The notes beneath the pieces were generated by a model. It was not told where the DNA came from and made no database searches. It saw nothing but the letters and a program-made list of their open reading frames with translations. 64,000 bases of DNA from Gemmataceae bacterium (GTDB taxonomy: Bacteria; Planctomycetota; Planctomycetia; Gemmatales; Gemmataceae). Positions within the stretch are counted from its first letter, which is position 1; every line of letters begins with the position of its first letter. Where the stretch lies: positions 1,551 through 65,550 of the forward strand of contig SIAQ01000011.1 in NCBI GenBank assembly GCA_009697105.1, read 5' to 3'. This document shows, piece after piece, positions 1-8,285 of this stretch. Position numbers and translations under genes: made by a program.

Positions 1-1
1 C

Positions 2-397
2 ATGGCCTGCCCCGCGATCCCGACGTGCGGTCTGGCTCTCGCCGAAGCGGAGCGCGCGTTGCCAGGGCTGACCCAACATCTAAGCACGGAGATCGACAAA
101 CTCGGACTGAGCAGCGAGAAGATCGGCATTCGCATGACCGGTTGTCCGAATGGTTGCGTCAGGCCGTACCAGAGCGACATCGGCATCGTCGGACGTTCAG
201 GCGACAAGTACACGTTGTTCGTCGGCGGGGATCTCATCGGCTCGAGGCTCAGCTTCGTGCTCAAGGATCTCGTCCCCTACGCCGAGATCGTGCCAACGTT
301 GACCCACGTGCTGACACAATATCGCGATGGCCGAACCGTGGGCGAATCGTTCAGCGACTACTGTTGCCGAACGCTGACACCGGCGGCGGCGCACTAA
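2..397 (+). CDS. Sulfite/nitrite reductase hemoprotein, C-terminal fragment (5' end outside window)
   Basis: ORF is open at the window edge. It has the Cys-rich siroheme/4Fe-4S region motif TGCPNGC and a C-terminal layout typical of CysI/Sir-type reductases. Recognised by eye. Confidence 0.7.
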   Translation: MACPAIPTCGLALAEAERALPGLTQHLSTEIDKLGLSSEKIGIRMTGCPNGCVRPYQSDIGIVGRSGDKYTLFVGGDLIGSRLSFVLKDLVPYAEIVPTLTHVLTQYRDGRTVGESFSDYCCRTLTPAAAH

Positions 398-398
398 T

Positions 399-459
399 CA
401 TATAGCCCGCCATTTATGGCGGGGAATCCACAGTCCCGCCATAAATGGCGGGCTATATA
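399..459. repeat. Palindromic intergenic repeat, family A (ATATAGCCCGCCATTTATGGCGGG ... CCCGCCATAAATGGCGGGCTATAT)
   Basis: Near-perfect inverted arms of about 24 nt around a roughly 10-nt loop. The same sequence recurs at 18507, 19569 and 56435. Confidence 0.85.
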
Positions 460-470
460 AAGGGCCTTTC

Positions 471-1133
471 ATGCGCAGGATTATTGCAATCCCCGTCTGT
501 ATCTTGCTCGGTGCCGCGGCAACTCTCAGCGCTGGCGACGCGAAGCTGCCGATGCTGTTCCACGACGACTTCGAGAAAGGCGCCGAGCGCTGGCAACCGA
601 GCGATGCCAAGGCGTGGAAGCTCACCAAAACCGACAAGAGAAGCCACTACAGCCAATTCCAACAGAGCAAGATCAAAACTCCGCACCGTAGCCCGTTCAA
701 CTTCTCGCTGGTAAAAGATTTGAAAGTCACGGATTTCGTGCTCGAAACCAAGGTCCTCTCCACCGGCAAGGACGGGGCGCATCGCGATATGTGCCTGTTC
801 TTCGGCTACCAAGATCCCGCCCATCACTACTACGTGCACATGGCCAAGCAGACCGACGATCGCGCGAACCAGATATTCATCGTCAACGGCGCCGATCGCG
901 TCAAAATCTCCACGAAAACCAGTAAAGGCACCGCGTGGGACGACCAATGGCATAACGTGAAGATCGTTCGCACCGTTGCCGACGGCAAGATCGAAATCTA
1001 CTGGGACGACATGAAATCGCCGATCATGACCGCGACCGACAAGACATTCACATGGGGCCAAGTCGGCGTCGGCTCATTCGACGACACCGGCCACTGGGAC
1101 GACGTCAAAGTGTTCGGTACGCTCGCGAAATAG
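471..1133 (+). CDS. Secreted protein, concanavalin-A-like/LamG-type fold suspected (DUF1080-related?)
   Basis: 220-aa ORF with an N-terminal signal peptide (MRRIIAIPVCILLGAAATLSAGDA). The beta-rich sequence with W/D motifs resembles the DUF1080 protein at 59557. The fold call is a guess. Confidence 0.55.
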   Translation: MRRIIAIPVCILLGAAATLSAGDAKLPMLFHDDFEKGAERWQPSDAKAWKLTKTDKRSHYSQFQQSKIKTPHRSPFNFSLVKDLKVTDFVLETKVLSTGKDGAHRDMCLFFGYQDPAHHYYVHMAKQTDDRANQIFIVNGADRVKISTKTSKGTAWDDQWHNVKIVRTVADGKIEIYWDDMKSPIMTATDKTFTWGQVGVGSFDDTGHWDDVKVFGTLAK

Positions 1134-1151
1134 TGGACGGGAGCAAATACG

Positions 1152-1386
1152 GAATCACGAAAGCACGAAAGGGTGAAAACACGAAATAGAAACCTTACCC
1201 ACGTGATTTGCCCAACCGTACATCGCACTACCGGAAAATGTAGGGACGATAGGAAAGGCAGGAACGCAAGAATTGAATCAGCCTTTTTTTCCTGCCTTCC
1301 TGCTTTCCTTATCGAGAATCGCTTTGGCTTGTGACTTGTCGTGAATGGCTATGCCTTCCTTTCGTGTTTTCGTTCTTTCGTGATTC
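1152..1386. repeat. Nested palindrome with tandem-heptamer arms, family G-like
   Basis: Outer arm GAATCACGAAAGCACGAAAGGGTGAAAACACGAAA pairs with TTTCGTGTTTTCGTTCTTTCGTGATTC. Inner arm pair is GGAAAGGCAGGAA / TTCCTGCCTTCC. The core AGAATTGAATCAGCC resembles the cores of the copies at 9243 and 61213. Confidence 0.7.
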
Positions 1387-1454
1387 TGTATTTGGGGAGC
1401 CTAGTCCGCGCCGTGTTCTCCGTGGTGAGTATTTTCAGCCCGCTGGAACCAGCG

Positions 1455-2423
1455 ATGCAAACATATCTGCAAACCGTCGAAGACGTCTACGAGCAGGCGG
1501 CGATTAGTCCCGATGCCACGCTGTGCTGTACCGACGCGCCAGTTTGGCGGCTGCCCGATCTCGTCATTCCGCCGATCATGTTGCAGATGAACTACGGCTG
1601 CGGCTCGACGGTCACGCCGCGCGATCTCAAGGGCGACGACACAATCCTCTACGTCGGCGTCGGCGGCGGACTCGAAGCGTTGCAGTTTGCCTATTTCACA
1701 CGCAGGCCGGGCGGCGTCATCGCGGTTGATCCGGTCGCCGCGATGCGTGTCAAGGCCGCTGCCAATTTCACCGAGGCGGCCCGGCTGAATCCGTGGTTTC
1801 GGCCTGACTTCGTACAAATCCTCGCCGGCAACGCCCTGAAACTGCCCGTGTCTGCCAACTCCGTCAGTGTCGCCGCTCAGAACTGCCTGTTCAATGTCTT
1901 CCAAGCCGACGATCTCACGCAAGCGTTGTCCGAGATATTTCGCGTGCTCAAGCCGGGCGGATTCTTCGCGACATCCGACCCGATTACGCCCGCGGCGTTG
2001 CCGGAAGCCTTTCGCCGCGATGAGATCGCACGGGCCCGCTGTCTATCGGGATGCCTGACGTTTAACGAATACATTGAGACGCTTACGTCGATCGGATTTG
2101 GCAGAGTCGAGGTGAGATCGCGCACGCCCTATCGCTACGTGACGCCGACGGAGTATCCGAGCCTGGATCGTGCGGTCTTGTTGGAAAGCGTCGAGGTATT
2201 AGCGTACAAAGTGCCCGATAGCGCGGATGGCCCAGCCGTGTTCACGGGCCGATCGGCGATCTATGCCGGCCCGGACGAAACGCTGACCGATGAGATGGGC
2301 AACGTGCTGCGGCGAGGCATACCCCTGCCGATTTCCGATGCTGCCGCGCTGCGTTTGCGCACTCGCCGCGACGTGATCGTTACGCCTTCAACGTATCACG
2401 CAAAGGGCGGCGGATGTTGCTGA
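1455..2423 (+). CDS. Class I SAM-dependent methyltransferase (ArsM-like layout, Cys-rich C-terminus GGGCC)
   Basis: SAM-binding motif ILYVGVGGGLEA and VLKPGGFF. Start moved to ATG 1455 because the longer ORF (from 1341) would read through the repeat at 1152-1386. Confidence 0.65.
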   Translation: MQTYLQTVEDVYEQAAISPDATLCCTDAPVWRLPDLVIPPIMLQMNYGCGSTVTPRDLKGDDTILYVGVGGGLEALQFAYFTRRPGGVIAVDPVAAMRVKAAANFTEAARLNPWFRPDFVQILAGNALKLPVSANSVSVAAQNCLFNVFQADDLTQALSEIFRVLKPGGFFATSDPITPAALPEAFRRDEIARARCLSGCLTFNEYIETLTSIGFGRVEVRSRTPYRYVTPTEYPSLDRAVLLESVEVLAYKVPDSADGPAVFTGRSAIYAGPDETLTDEMGNVLRRGIPLPISDAAALRLRTRRDVIVTPSTYHAKGGGCC

Positions 2424-2426
2424 GGT

Positions 2427-2506
2427 AAGCCCAGAGGTGAGGTACTCCGAACCTCTGGGATATCCGGAATCATCCCAAGGGTTCGGAGTCCCTCACCCTT
2501 GGCCTT
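2427..2506. repeat. Palindromic intergenic repeat, family F (AAGCCCAGAGGTGAGGTACTCCGAACC ... GGTTCGGAGTCCCTCACCCTTGGCCTT)
   Basis: Long imperfect inverted repeat. Recurs at 14019 and 61383, with half copies at 9531 and 61141. Confidence 0.85.
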
Positions 2507-2520
2507 GCGTTTCGGATTTC

Positions 2521-3723
2521 CTACGCTACATCGCGGTCTTCAAACAAAATCAATCCGCCCAGCAGCGCGATCGTCGTATAGATCAAGGCATAGATAGCCA
2601 CGTTCAGCGTGTACAACGCATACCGCGTCGGATCGGGCGGCGTCTCGCGCACGATGGCGGTGCTCACGTCAAAGAACGGCAGGCCGGGCAGCAGCAACTC
2701 GAACAGTTGAGCCACGAATTGCACCAGAGCCAGGCCCTGGCTGACTTCTGTCATCACCGGCGCCAGATGCCCGAGCAGATACACCACCAGGCACATCGAA
2801 ATATTGACGACCATCGGCAAGCGAGTCGCCAGCGCCACGCTTACCGCGAGCAGCGTCGCCACCTGGCCGAACCCGATCACCAGGCCCGGAAACGCCTCGT
2901 CAAAGTCACGAAGCCAAAGCCCGAAGCCGCGAAGCAGGTCGCCCGGCGTCGTTCGTTCATAAGTGCTTGCAAGCAGTGACGACAGCCATTCCGGGTCCGG
3001 CGGCGTTTGCGTCACGCCCTGCATGAAGTCATAGTTGAATTTCGCCAAATGCACCCAGACGAGTACGTAGCCCATCGACATCGTCATCCCCATCGCCGCC
3101 AACAGGATCCCCAGATACTTGCCCAACAAAAAGTCACGCCGCGTGATCGGTTTGCTCAGGAGCGTGACGGCGGTGCGCCCTTCGATCTCTTCGCTTACCG
3201 AAACGCTCGAGGAAATGACGCCAAAGATCGCGGGAATCATCATGGTCAAAGCATACGTGATCTCCTTGACCATCTTCACGTCTTCGCCGAACGTGAAGTA
3301 CGGGATGACGATCGACACGACCATTCCCAGTGTGCCAAGGAACGTCAATAGCCAAAACATCGGCTGGCGAACGCCTTCTTGAAACGCTGCCAACGCAACG
3401 GCGCCACCCTTGGACCAAAACGTCAGCATGGAGAAAAACGCGAGCACGAACAAATCGATGCCAAGCTGAAAGAGCAGCACGGAGCCGTAAAATCGGCCCC
3501 ACAAGGCGACGACATCTGGATCGCTGTTGCCCTGAAGGATGAACGCGAATGGAATTCCGCACAGCGCCGTGATGCCGACAACCTTGCCATAGAACGGCAA
3601 GCGAGCGCGGAACGTCTCGTAGGAGAGCGCCCGCAACCACGGCAGGGCGGCCAGGCCTTGCACGAGAAACAGCACCATGCACAACGGAATCAGTTGGATC
3701 ATTGCGTCATTCCCGTATTTCAA
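2521..3723 (-). CDS. ABC-2-type transporter permease-like polytopic membrane protein (no ATPase partner nearby)
   Basis: Multi-TM 400-aa ORF with SEEIEGRTAVTLLSKPITRRDFLLGKYLG, typical of ABC-2/NosY-like permeases. An alternative start at 3702 would remove the 17-nt overlap with acyP. Confidence 0.65.
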   Translation of the reverse strand: MKYGNDAMIQLIPLCMVLFLVQGLAALPWLRALSYETFRARLPFYGKVVGITALCGIPFAFILQGNSDPDVVALWGRFYGSVLLFQLGIDLFVLAFFSMLTFWSKGGAVALAAFQEGVRQPMFWLLTFLGTLGMVVSIVIPYFTFGEDVKMVKEITYALTMMIPAIFGVISSSVSVSEEIEGRTAVTLLSKPITRRDFLLGKYLGILLAAMGMTMSMGYVLVWVHLAKFNYDFMQGVTQTPPDPEWLSSLLASTYERTTPGDLLRGFGLWLRDFDEAFPGLVIGFGQVATLLAVSVALATRLPMVVNISMCLVVYLLGHLAPVMTEVSQGLALVQFVAQLFELLLPGLPFFDVSTAIVRETPPDPTRYALYTLNVAIYALIYTTIALLGGLILFEDRDVA

Positions 3724-3976
3724 AAGCCGCGAAATCGCCCGCCGGCTGCTCGGAGATATCTACGTCGTGAATATTGTTCGCCATTCGTGCGGAGACGCCA
3801 GCGATGAAGCGGTCGACTTCATCCGCCTCGCCCTGCGCCACCAACTCGACCGCGCCGTCCGGAAGGTTCCGCACGAACCCAACGACGACATGCCGGCGAG
3901 CGATGCGCTGCGTCGTCATGCGAAAGCCAACGCCCTGCACGCGGCCACGGAACAAGACTCGTTTGCAAACCGGCAT
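3707..3976 (-). CDS. acyP: Acylphosphatase
   Basis: 89 aa with VLFRGRVQGVGFR and the GFVRNLPDGAVE signature. Confidence 0.85.
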   Translation of the reverse strand: MPVCKRVLFRGRVQGVGFRMTTQRIARRHVVVGFVRNLPDGAVELVAQGEADEVDRFIAGVSARMANNIHDVDISEQPAGDFAAFEIRE

Positions 3977-4000
3977 TGTGTTAATACGTTTGGTCTCGCC

Positions 4001-4846
4001 TCACGGTTCGCCACGATAACTTGGCGGCGTGCCCCAGCGAAGTTTTTCCCGTAGAGTTTGATAATAGCTATGCCCCGGAACCTTGACCAACTGAAAGCAG
4101 GCCGATGCCTTGCGGATCACCATTCTGTTCCGCGACGAGACCTGGGCGGCACTTTGCCCATCGACTACGACCTCGGCCAGGCTCGCCTCGCGGGCCAGGC
4201 GAATCGTGTACGTCTTCTCCGCCGACTCGACGATGGGTCGATACGTCAGCGTATGCGGGCAGATCGGCGTGATGACGAAGGCCGCCAGTTCCTGTCCCAA
4301 AATCGGTCCGCCTGCCGACAGATTGTGCGCCGTCGAGCCGATTGGTGAACTGACGATCAGTCCATCGCCATTGAACCGCGACATGACCTCGCCATTCACT
4401 TCCAACTCCAACTCTAACATCCGCAACGGCGGCGAAGCGTGTACGACGACCTCGTTCAATCCCAGCACGGTCTGCGGATCATGACCTGGCGTTTCAATGA
4501 CGCACTCGAACATCAAATGCTGCGCTACCTTGTAGTTGCCTTGCAGCACTTGTTCGATCGCCGCATTGAAATCCGTGGGATGAATGTCGGCCAAAAAACC
4601 CAGCCGACCGAGATTTATGCCGAGCACCGGAACCTGCCGATAGCCCATCTGCCGGGCGGCACGCAGAATCGCGCCATCGCCGCCGAACACGAGTGCCAAG
4701 TCGGCATTGGGCAACGTCGAAAGCTCCGCCTCCTGCCGCAGGTCAACGGCGAGAACGTCGAACTTTTTGCGCAACATTGGCAGCCAGCGCTCGACCTCGA
4801 CGGCGACGCCTTCCCGAGCAGCGTTTCCGAGTACGAAGACTTTCAC
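4001..4846 (-). CDS. nadK: NAD+ kinase
   Basis: GGDGAILRAAR and NLGRLGFL motifs. GTG start. Confidence 0.9.
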   Translation of the reverse strand: MKVFVLGNAAREGVAVEVERWLPMLRKKFDVLAVDLRQEAELSTLPNADLALVFGGDGAILRAARQMGYRQVPVLGINLGRLGFLADIHPTDFNAAIEQVLQGNYKVAQHLMFECVIETPGHDPQTVLGLNEVVVHASPPLRMLELELEVNGEVMSRFNGDGLIVSSPIGSTAHNLSAGGPILGQELAAFVITPICPHTLTYRPIVESAEKTYTIRLAREASLAEVVVDGQSAAQVSSRNRMVIRKASACFQLVKVPGHSYYQTLREKLRWGTPPSYRGEP

Positions 4847-4934
4847 GGTAGGTTCCTCATTGCATTTATCGTAGCCATCACGCTAAAGTGATGGATTTTG
4901 TTATGTCAAGAAGCCATCACACGGAGCGTGATGG

Positions 4935-6404
4935 CTACGGTGCCCCGACCTGTTCCCGCGCCGCAGCCACCTCACGCTCGCGCATCGTGTTGAAGCGTCG
5001 CCGATACTCCGCGACCTTTGGCGACAATTCGACACGCCGATACCGCCCCCACGTTCGATCGGCTCGCGCCGATTGATCCTGAAAGTTCTCGCGGTACACG
5101 ATGCGGCCTTGCTCGACGAGTTTAACGAACAACGGCTCCGCATCGATCGATTCCGACGCATCGGCGACGATCAAGGCATCGTCCTTGCCGAACACTCGCA
5201 GGTAGCCGCCGAGCGATTCCTTGCCCGGCGTGTTCGAGAACTTCACGTTGGGATGTTCGCCCGTCGCGCTGCGTTTGAACGCGGCAGCAACTGTGTCACG
5301 ATGGATCAGCCGCCACCAGTAGCCACCGGCGCCGGGGAACAGCATCGTCGGCTCGAGGCCCGTGGATGTACGGAAAAAGTCGTACACATTGCGGACCGTC
5401 TCCGGCGATACTTCGTCCTCGAACACAATCGTTCTCGGCGACATGCCCGCCTCGCGCATTTTGCGGAAATAGAGCACGCACTGAGCCGCGATATCGCCCG
5501 AATCGACGCGGATGCCGACCTCGCTCGTCTCGGGATGATTGCGGATGACACGCAGAGCATTCTCCAGGCCGACCGATTCCGCATCGACGAGATCGCACAG
5601 CAGCGATGCCTTGCCCATCGCCGACACGAAGCGATCCATCATTTCATATTCCGCCTCGCCGAGCGTGCGGTCGAACGATTGGCCGGCACACATCATCTCA
5701 TGGCCGATCGTGCCGACGGATTGAAAGAGATCGGGAAAGAGAAACTCGGCCGTGTCGTTGGAGGTCAGCCGACCGCCGCCGCCGACGTAGCGTGCTAATA
5801 GCAGCGTGATATTGAGCGCCTCGCACGGAGCCGAGCGCAGCCCGAACTCGGCGTCTCGCGGCGTCGCCAACTTCATCAGCCGGCCTTTCGTCGCCCACAG
5901 GATCGGCGCGAAATAGCGGCACATCGCAGGTTCGAGGTACGAAATCGCCCCGCCCATGCCTTCAAAAAACAAGCACGGCAACCCCGGCAGAAACGTCTGC
6001 CCGCCGGGGAAGCCCCATATGTCGATCGGCAAATAAACGTCATCGCCGGCCTGCGATGCCATCACTGCTTGCCAAAGGGCACTCGGAAACGCCTTCGCCG
6101 TCGCGTGTTCGCGAAACCAGCGCTCCGCCAGCACGATGTCATCCCGCTGCAATGGCCGATGAAACCACTGCGCGAGCATGGTCTCATGCCCCGCCATGAT
6201 GAGTTGATTGTCCGCCCCCGGTTCCGGCAAGCCCTTCCGCATCGTCAAGCCATAGCCCGCATGGGCGACAGCGACATCCGGCACGGCGGCCCACATCGTA
6301 CGTTTGTAGGTATCGGTCGCCCCGAGCCAACCGCCGAGCATGAAGAACTTGGCGTAGTATTCCTCGATCATCGCAGCGCGTTTGGGAGCAAATGGATCGG
6401 ACAT
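4935..6404 (-). CDS. Nicotinate/nicotinamide phosphoribosyltransferase family protein
   Basis: 489 aa with an N-terminal TDTYK motif. The length and context next to nadK fit the NAPRT/NadV family. Subfamily not resolved. Confidence 0.65.
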   Translation of the reverse strand: MSDPFAPKRAAMIEEYYAKFFMLGGWLGATDTYKRTMWAAVPDVAVAHAGYGLTMRKGLPEPGADNQLIMAGHETMLAQWFHRPLQRDDIVLAERWFREHATAKAFPSALWQAVMASQAGDDVYLPIDIWGFPGGQTFLPGLPCLFFEGMGGAISYLEPAMCRYFAPILWATKGRLMKLATPRDAEFGLRSAPCEALNITLLLARYVGGGGRLTSNDTAEFLFPDLFQSVGTIGHEMMCAGQSFDRTLGEAEYEMMDRFVSAMGKASLLCDLVDAESVGLENALRVIRNHPETSEVGIRVDSGDIAAQCVLYFRKMREAGMSPRTIVFEDEVSPETVRNVYDFFRTSTGLEPTMLFPGAGGYWWRLIHRDTVAAAFKRSATGEHPNVKFSNTPGKESLGGYLRVFGKDDALIVADASESIDAEPLFVKLVEQGRIVYRENFQDQSARADRTWGRYRRVELSPKVAEYRRRFNTMREREVAAAREQVGAP

Positions 6405-6505
6405 GCGGTTCGCTCGTGAGGATGGAGTGATTATCGCTGCTGCTCATCTTACGCACGACCGAGCATTCGTCGTAGAGCGAGCGTTGCCGCAGCCTGATCT
6501 CTCTT

Positions 6506-6529
6506 GGCAATGATGGCTAGAATTATCCG
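6506..6529 (+). promoter_or_regulatory. Promoter-like motif GGCAATGATGGCTAGAATTATCCG (TAGAAT box at 6518-6523)
   Basis: Almost identical to the motif immediately upstream of tRNA-Thr at 46914-46937. No good -35 box seen. Confidence 0.25.
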
Positions 6530-6743
6530 TCAGCTTCTCTCTATATTTCGCCGCTCTGAGGTTGTGATTTTTTTGACGTTCGGGAAGAACTGAATAGGGC
6601 AACGTTGCTTCCTCAGTTCGACAAAATCAATCCGGAGCGATTTTGTGCGGTTGTTTTTCACGCCGTCGCTCAGATTTTCCAAACGGTCAATAAAAATCAC
6701 AAGCTCGCCGCACTGCATTCTTCGAATGCAACAACTCTTTTGA

Positions 6744-6864
6744 TTTACTTCAACCGGATGAAATTGTCTGGTCCGAGCCTGAGCGCCAGCGAAGGGCACA
6801 TCGCGACCCTTTGCTGGCGCTCAGGCTCTGAAAATGCAACAATCTCAACCCCCCCGTAGTATAC
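6744..6864. repeat. Palindromic repeat, family B (core GAGCCTGAGCGCCAGCGAAGGG ... CCCTTTGCTGGCGCTCAGGCTC), extended about 120-nt element
   Basis: Core hairpin at 6775-6828. The flanks (GATGAAATTGTCTGGTC / TGAAAATGCAACAATCTCAAC) are conserved in the copies at 9397 (inverted) and 12711. Confidence 0.8.
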
Positions 6865-7120
6865 AGGGACGGCTGAAGGCAGCACGCTCTCCGACGAAGA
6901 AGCAGATCGTCTCCACGTCGCCCTTGAGTAGAATCGTGGCCTATCCTTCCGGACGCCCAAACTGGACTGGCCTTTTGGTAGCCGTATCGGCACGATATGA
7001 CGCTCGCAATCGATACCATGTATCCGGTGTGCCCGTTTTTCGGTTGGCGGTGTTCCCCATACATTTTCTGAAACGCTAAGATGCATCGAACTTCACCGCT
7101 CCGGAAAGGACTGCACACCC

Positions 7121-8110
7121 ATGCTCAAAATCCTCCTCGTATTTCTCGTCGTTTTTGCGTTCGCGCAAGCCGCGTCGGCACAGGACAAGACGGTCCTCGT
7201 CATCCACGGCGGCGCCGGCGCTCCGCCGCGAAAATCGCTGACGCCGCTGCTGGAGGCGCAGTATCACGCGGCACTGGAACAGGCGCTCAAGGCGGGGTAT
7301 AAGTCGTTGGCGAAAGGAAACAGCCTCGATGCCGTCGAGTCAGCGATTCGCGTGCTCGAAGATTCGCCGCTCTTCAACGCCGGCAAAGGCGCCGTCTTCA
7401 ACCGCGATGGCCGACAGGAACTCAATGCCTCGATCATGGACGGCAAGACCAAGAAGGCCGGCGCCGTCGCGGGCATCTGCCGACTCAAGAACCCCATCTC
7501 CGCGGCTCGGCTCATCATGGAAAAGTCCGAGCACGTCTTCATGATCGGCGAAGGCTGCGAGCGATTTTGCCGCGATCAGGGCATGGAACTCGTTAGCCCG
7601 CTGTACTTCCACGCCGACAAAGCCTGGCTGGACTTGCTCAATGCCGAGAAGAAAGCCAAAGGCAAATCGTCGGCGAAAGTGAGCCTCGACCCGGCGCATT
7701 TCGGCACCGTCGGCGCGGTCGCGCTGGATAAGGACGGCGATCTGGCGGCGGGCACGTCCACCGGCGGCATCACCTACGTGCGGCCAGGGCGTGTCGGCGA
7801 TTCGCCTATCATCGGCGCGGGCACATATGCCGAGAACGAATCATGTGCCGTCTCGTGTACAGGCAAAGGCGAATTTTTCATCCGCTTCACCGTCGCGTCC
7901 GACATCGCCGCGCGGATGAAGTATCGAGGCGACACGCTCAAGAAAGCGACGACGGACGTTCTGGCCGGCCTACCGAAGCTCACCGGTGGGACCGGCGGCC
8001 TCATCGCGCTCGATCGCCAGGGCAACGCCGCCATGGTCAACAATACCAGCGGCATGTTTCGCGGCACAATTACGCAATCGGGCAAGATACACGTGGCAAT
8101 TTATGAATAG
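7121..8110 (+). CDS. Isoaspartyl peptidase / plant-type L-asparaginase (Ntn hydrolase)
   Basis: Signal peptide, VIHGGAG, and the autoprocessing site HFGTVGAVALD...GTSTGG. Confidence 0.85.
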   Translation: MLKILLVFLVVFAFAQAASAQDKTVLVIHGGAGAPPRKSLTPLLEAQYHAALEQALKAGYKSLAKGNSLDAVESAIRVLEDSPLFNAGKGAVFNRDGRQELNASIMDGKTKKAGAVAGICRLKNPISAARLIMEKSEHVFMIGEGCERFCRDQGMELVSPLYFHADKAWLDLLNAEKKAKGKSSAKVSLDPAHFGTVGAVALDKDGDLAAGTSTGGITYVRPGRVGDSPIIGAGTYAENESCAVSCTGKGEFFIRFTVASDIAARMKYRGDTLKKATTDVLAGLPKLTGGTGGLIALDRQGNAAMVNNTSGMFRGTITQSGKIHVAIYE

Positions 8111-8118
8111 TGATGAGG

Positions 8119-8172
8119 CCGCTTGCGGCTTAGCGCTCGCGTGGTGCCTTGCGTGTGCTGAGCCGCAAGCGG
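8119..8172. repeat. Palindromic repeat, family D (CCGCTTGCGGCTTAGCGCTCG ... GCTGAGCCGCAAGCGG)
   Basis: Inverted arms. Related copies at 24542, 42349, 50181, 53785, 58101 and 44475. Confidence 0.8.
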
Positions 8173-8285
8173 CAATCATTTCGGATTTTCAAACCACTCT
8201 TCGGCCTCTAACCACTCCCGTCCGTGTGCGTACAATGAGGTGTCACGATTATACCAATGAATATTTCCGCAGAAAGGAAACGGAC

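Noticed and set aside
1341-1454. N-terminal extensions of several track ORFs: 1341, 7986, 24286, 36729, 43573, 45315, 59425, 63088, 32143 and 31594
   Set aside because: The extensions read through the palindromic repeat elements or lack homology. Internal starts with an SD-like sequence or a signal peptide give proteins of canonical length.
6530-6799. The 89-aa minus-strand ORF in the long orphan gap as a real gene
   Set aside because: It has no recognisable family. Its 5' part lies inside the family B repeat, and it has no SD. It is kept only as a possible gene remnant in the finding on the gap.
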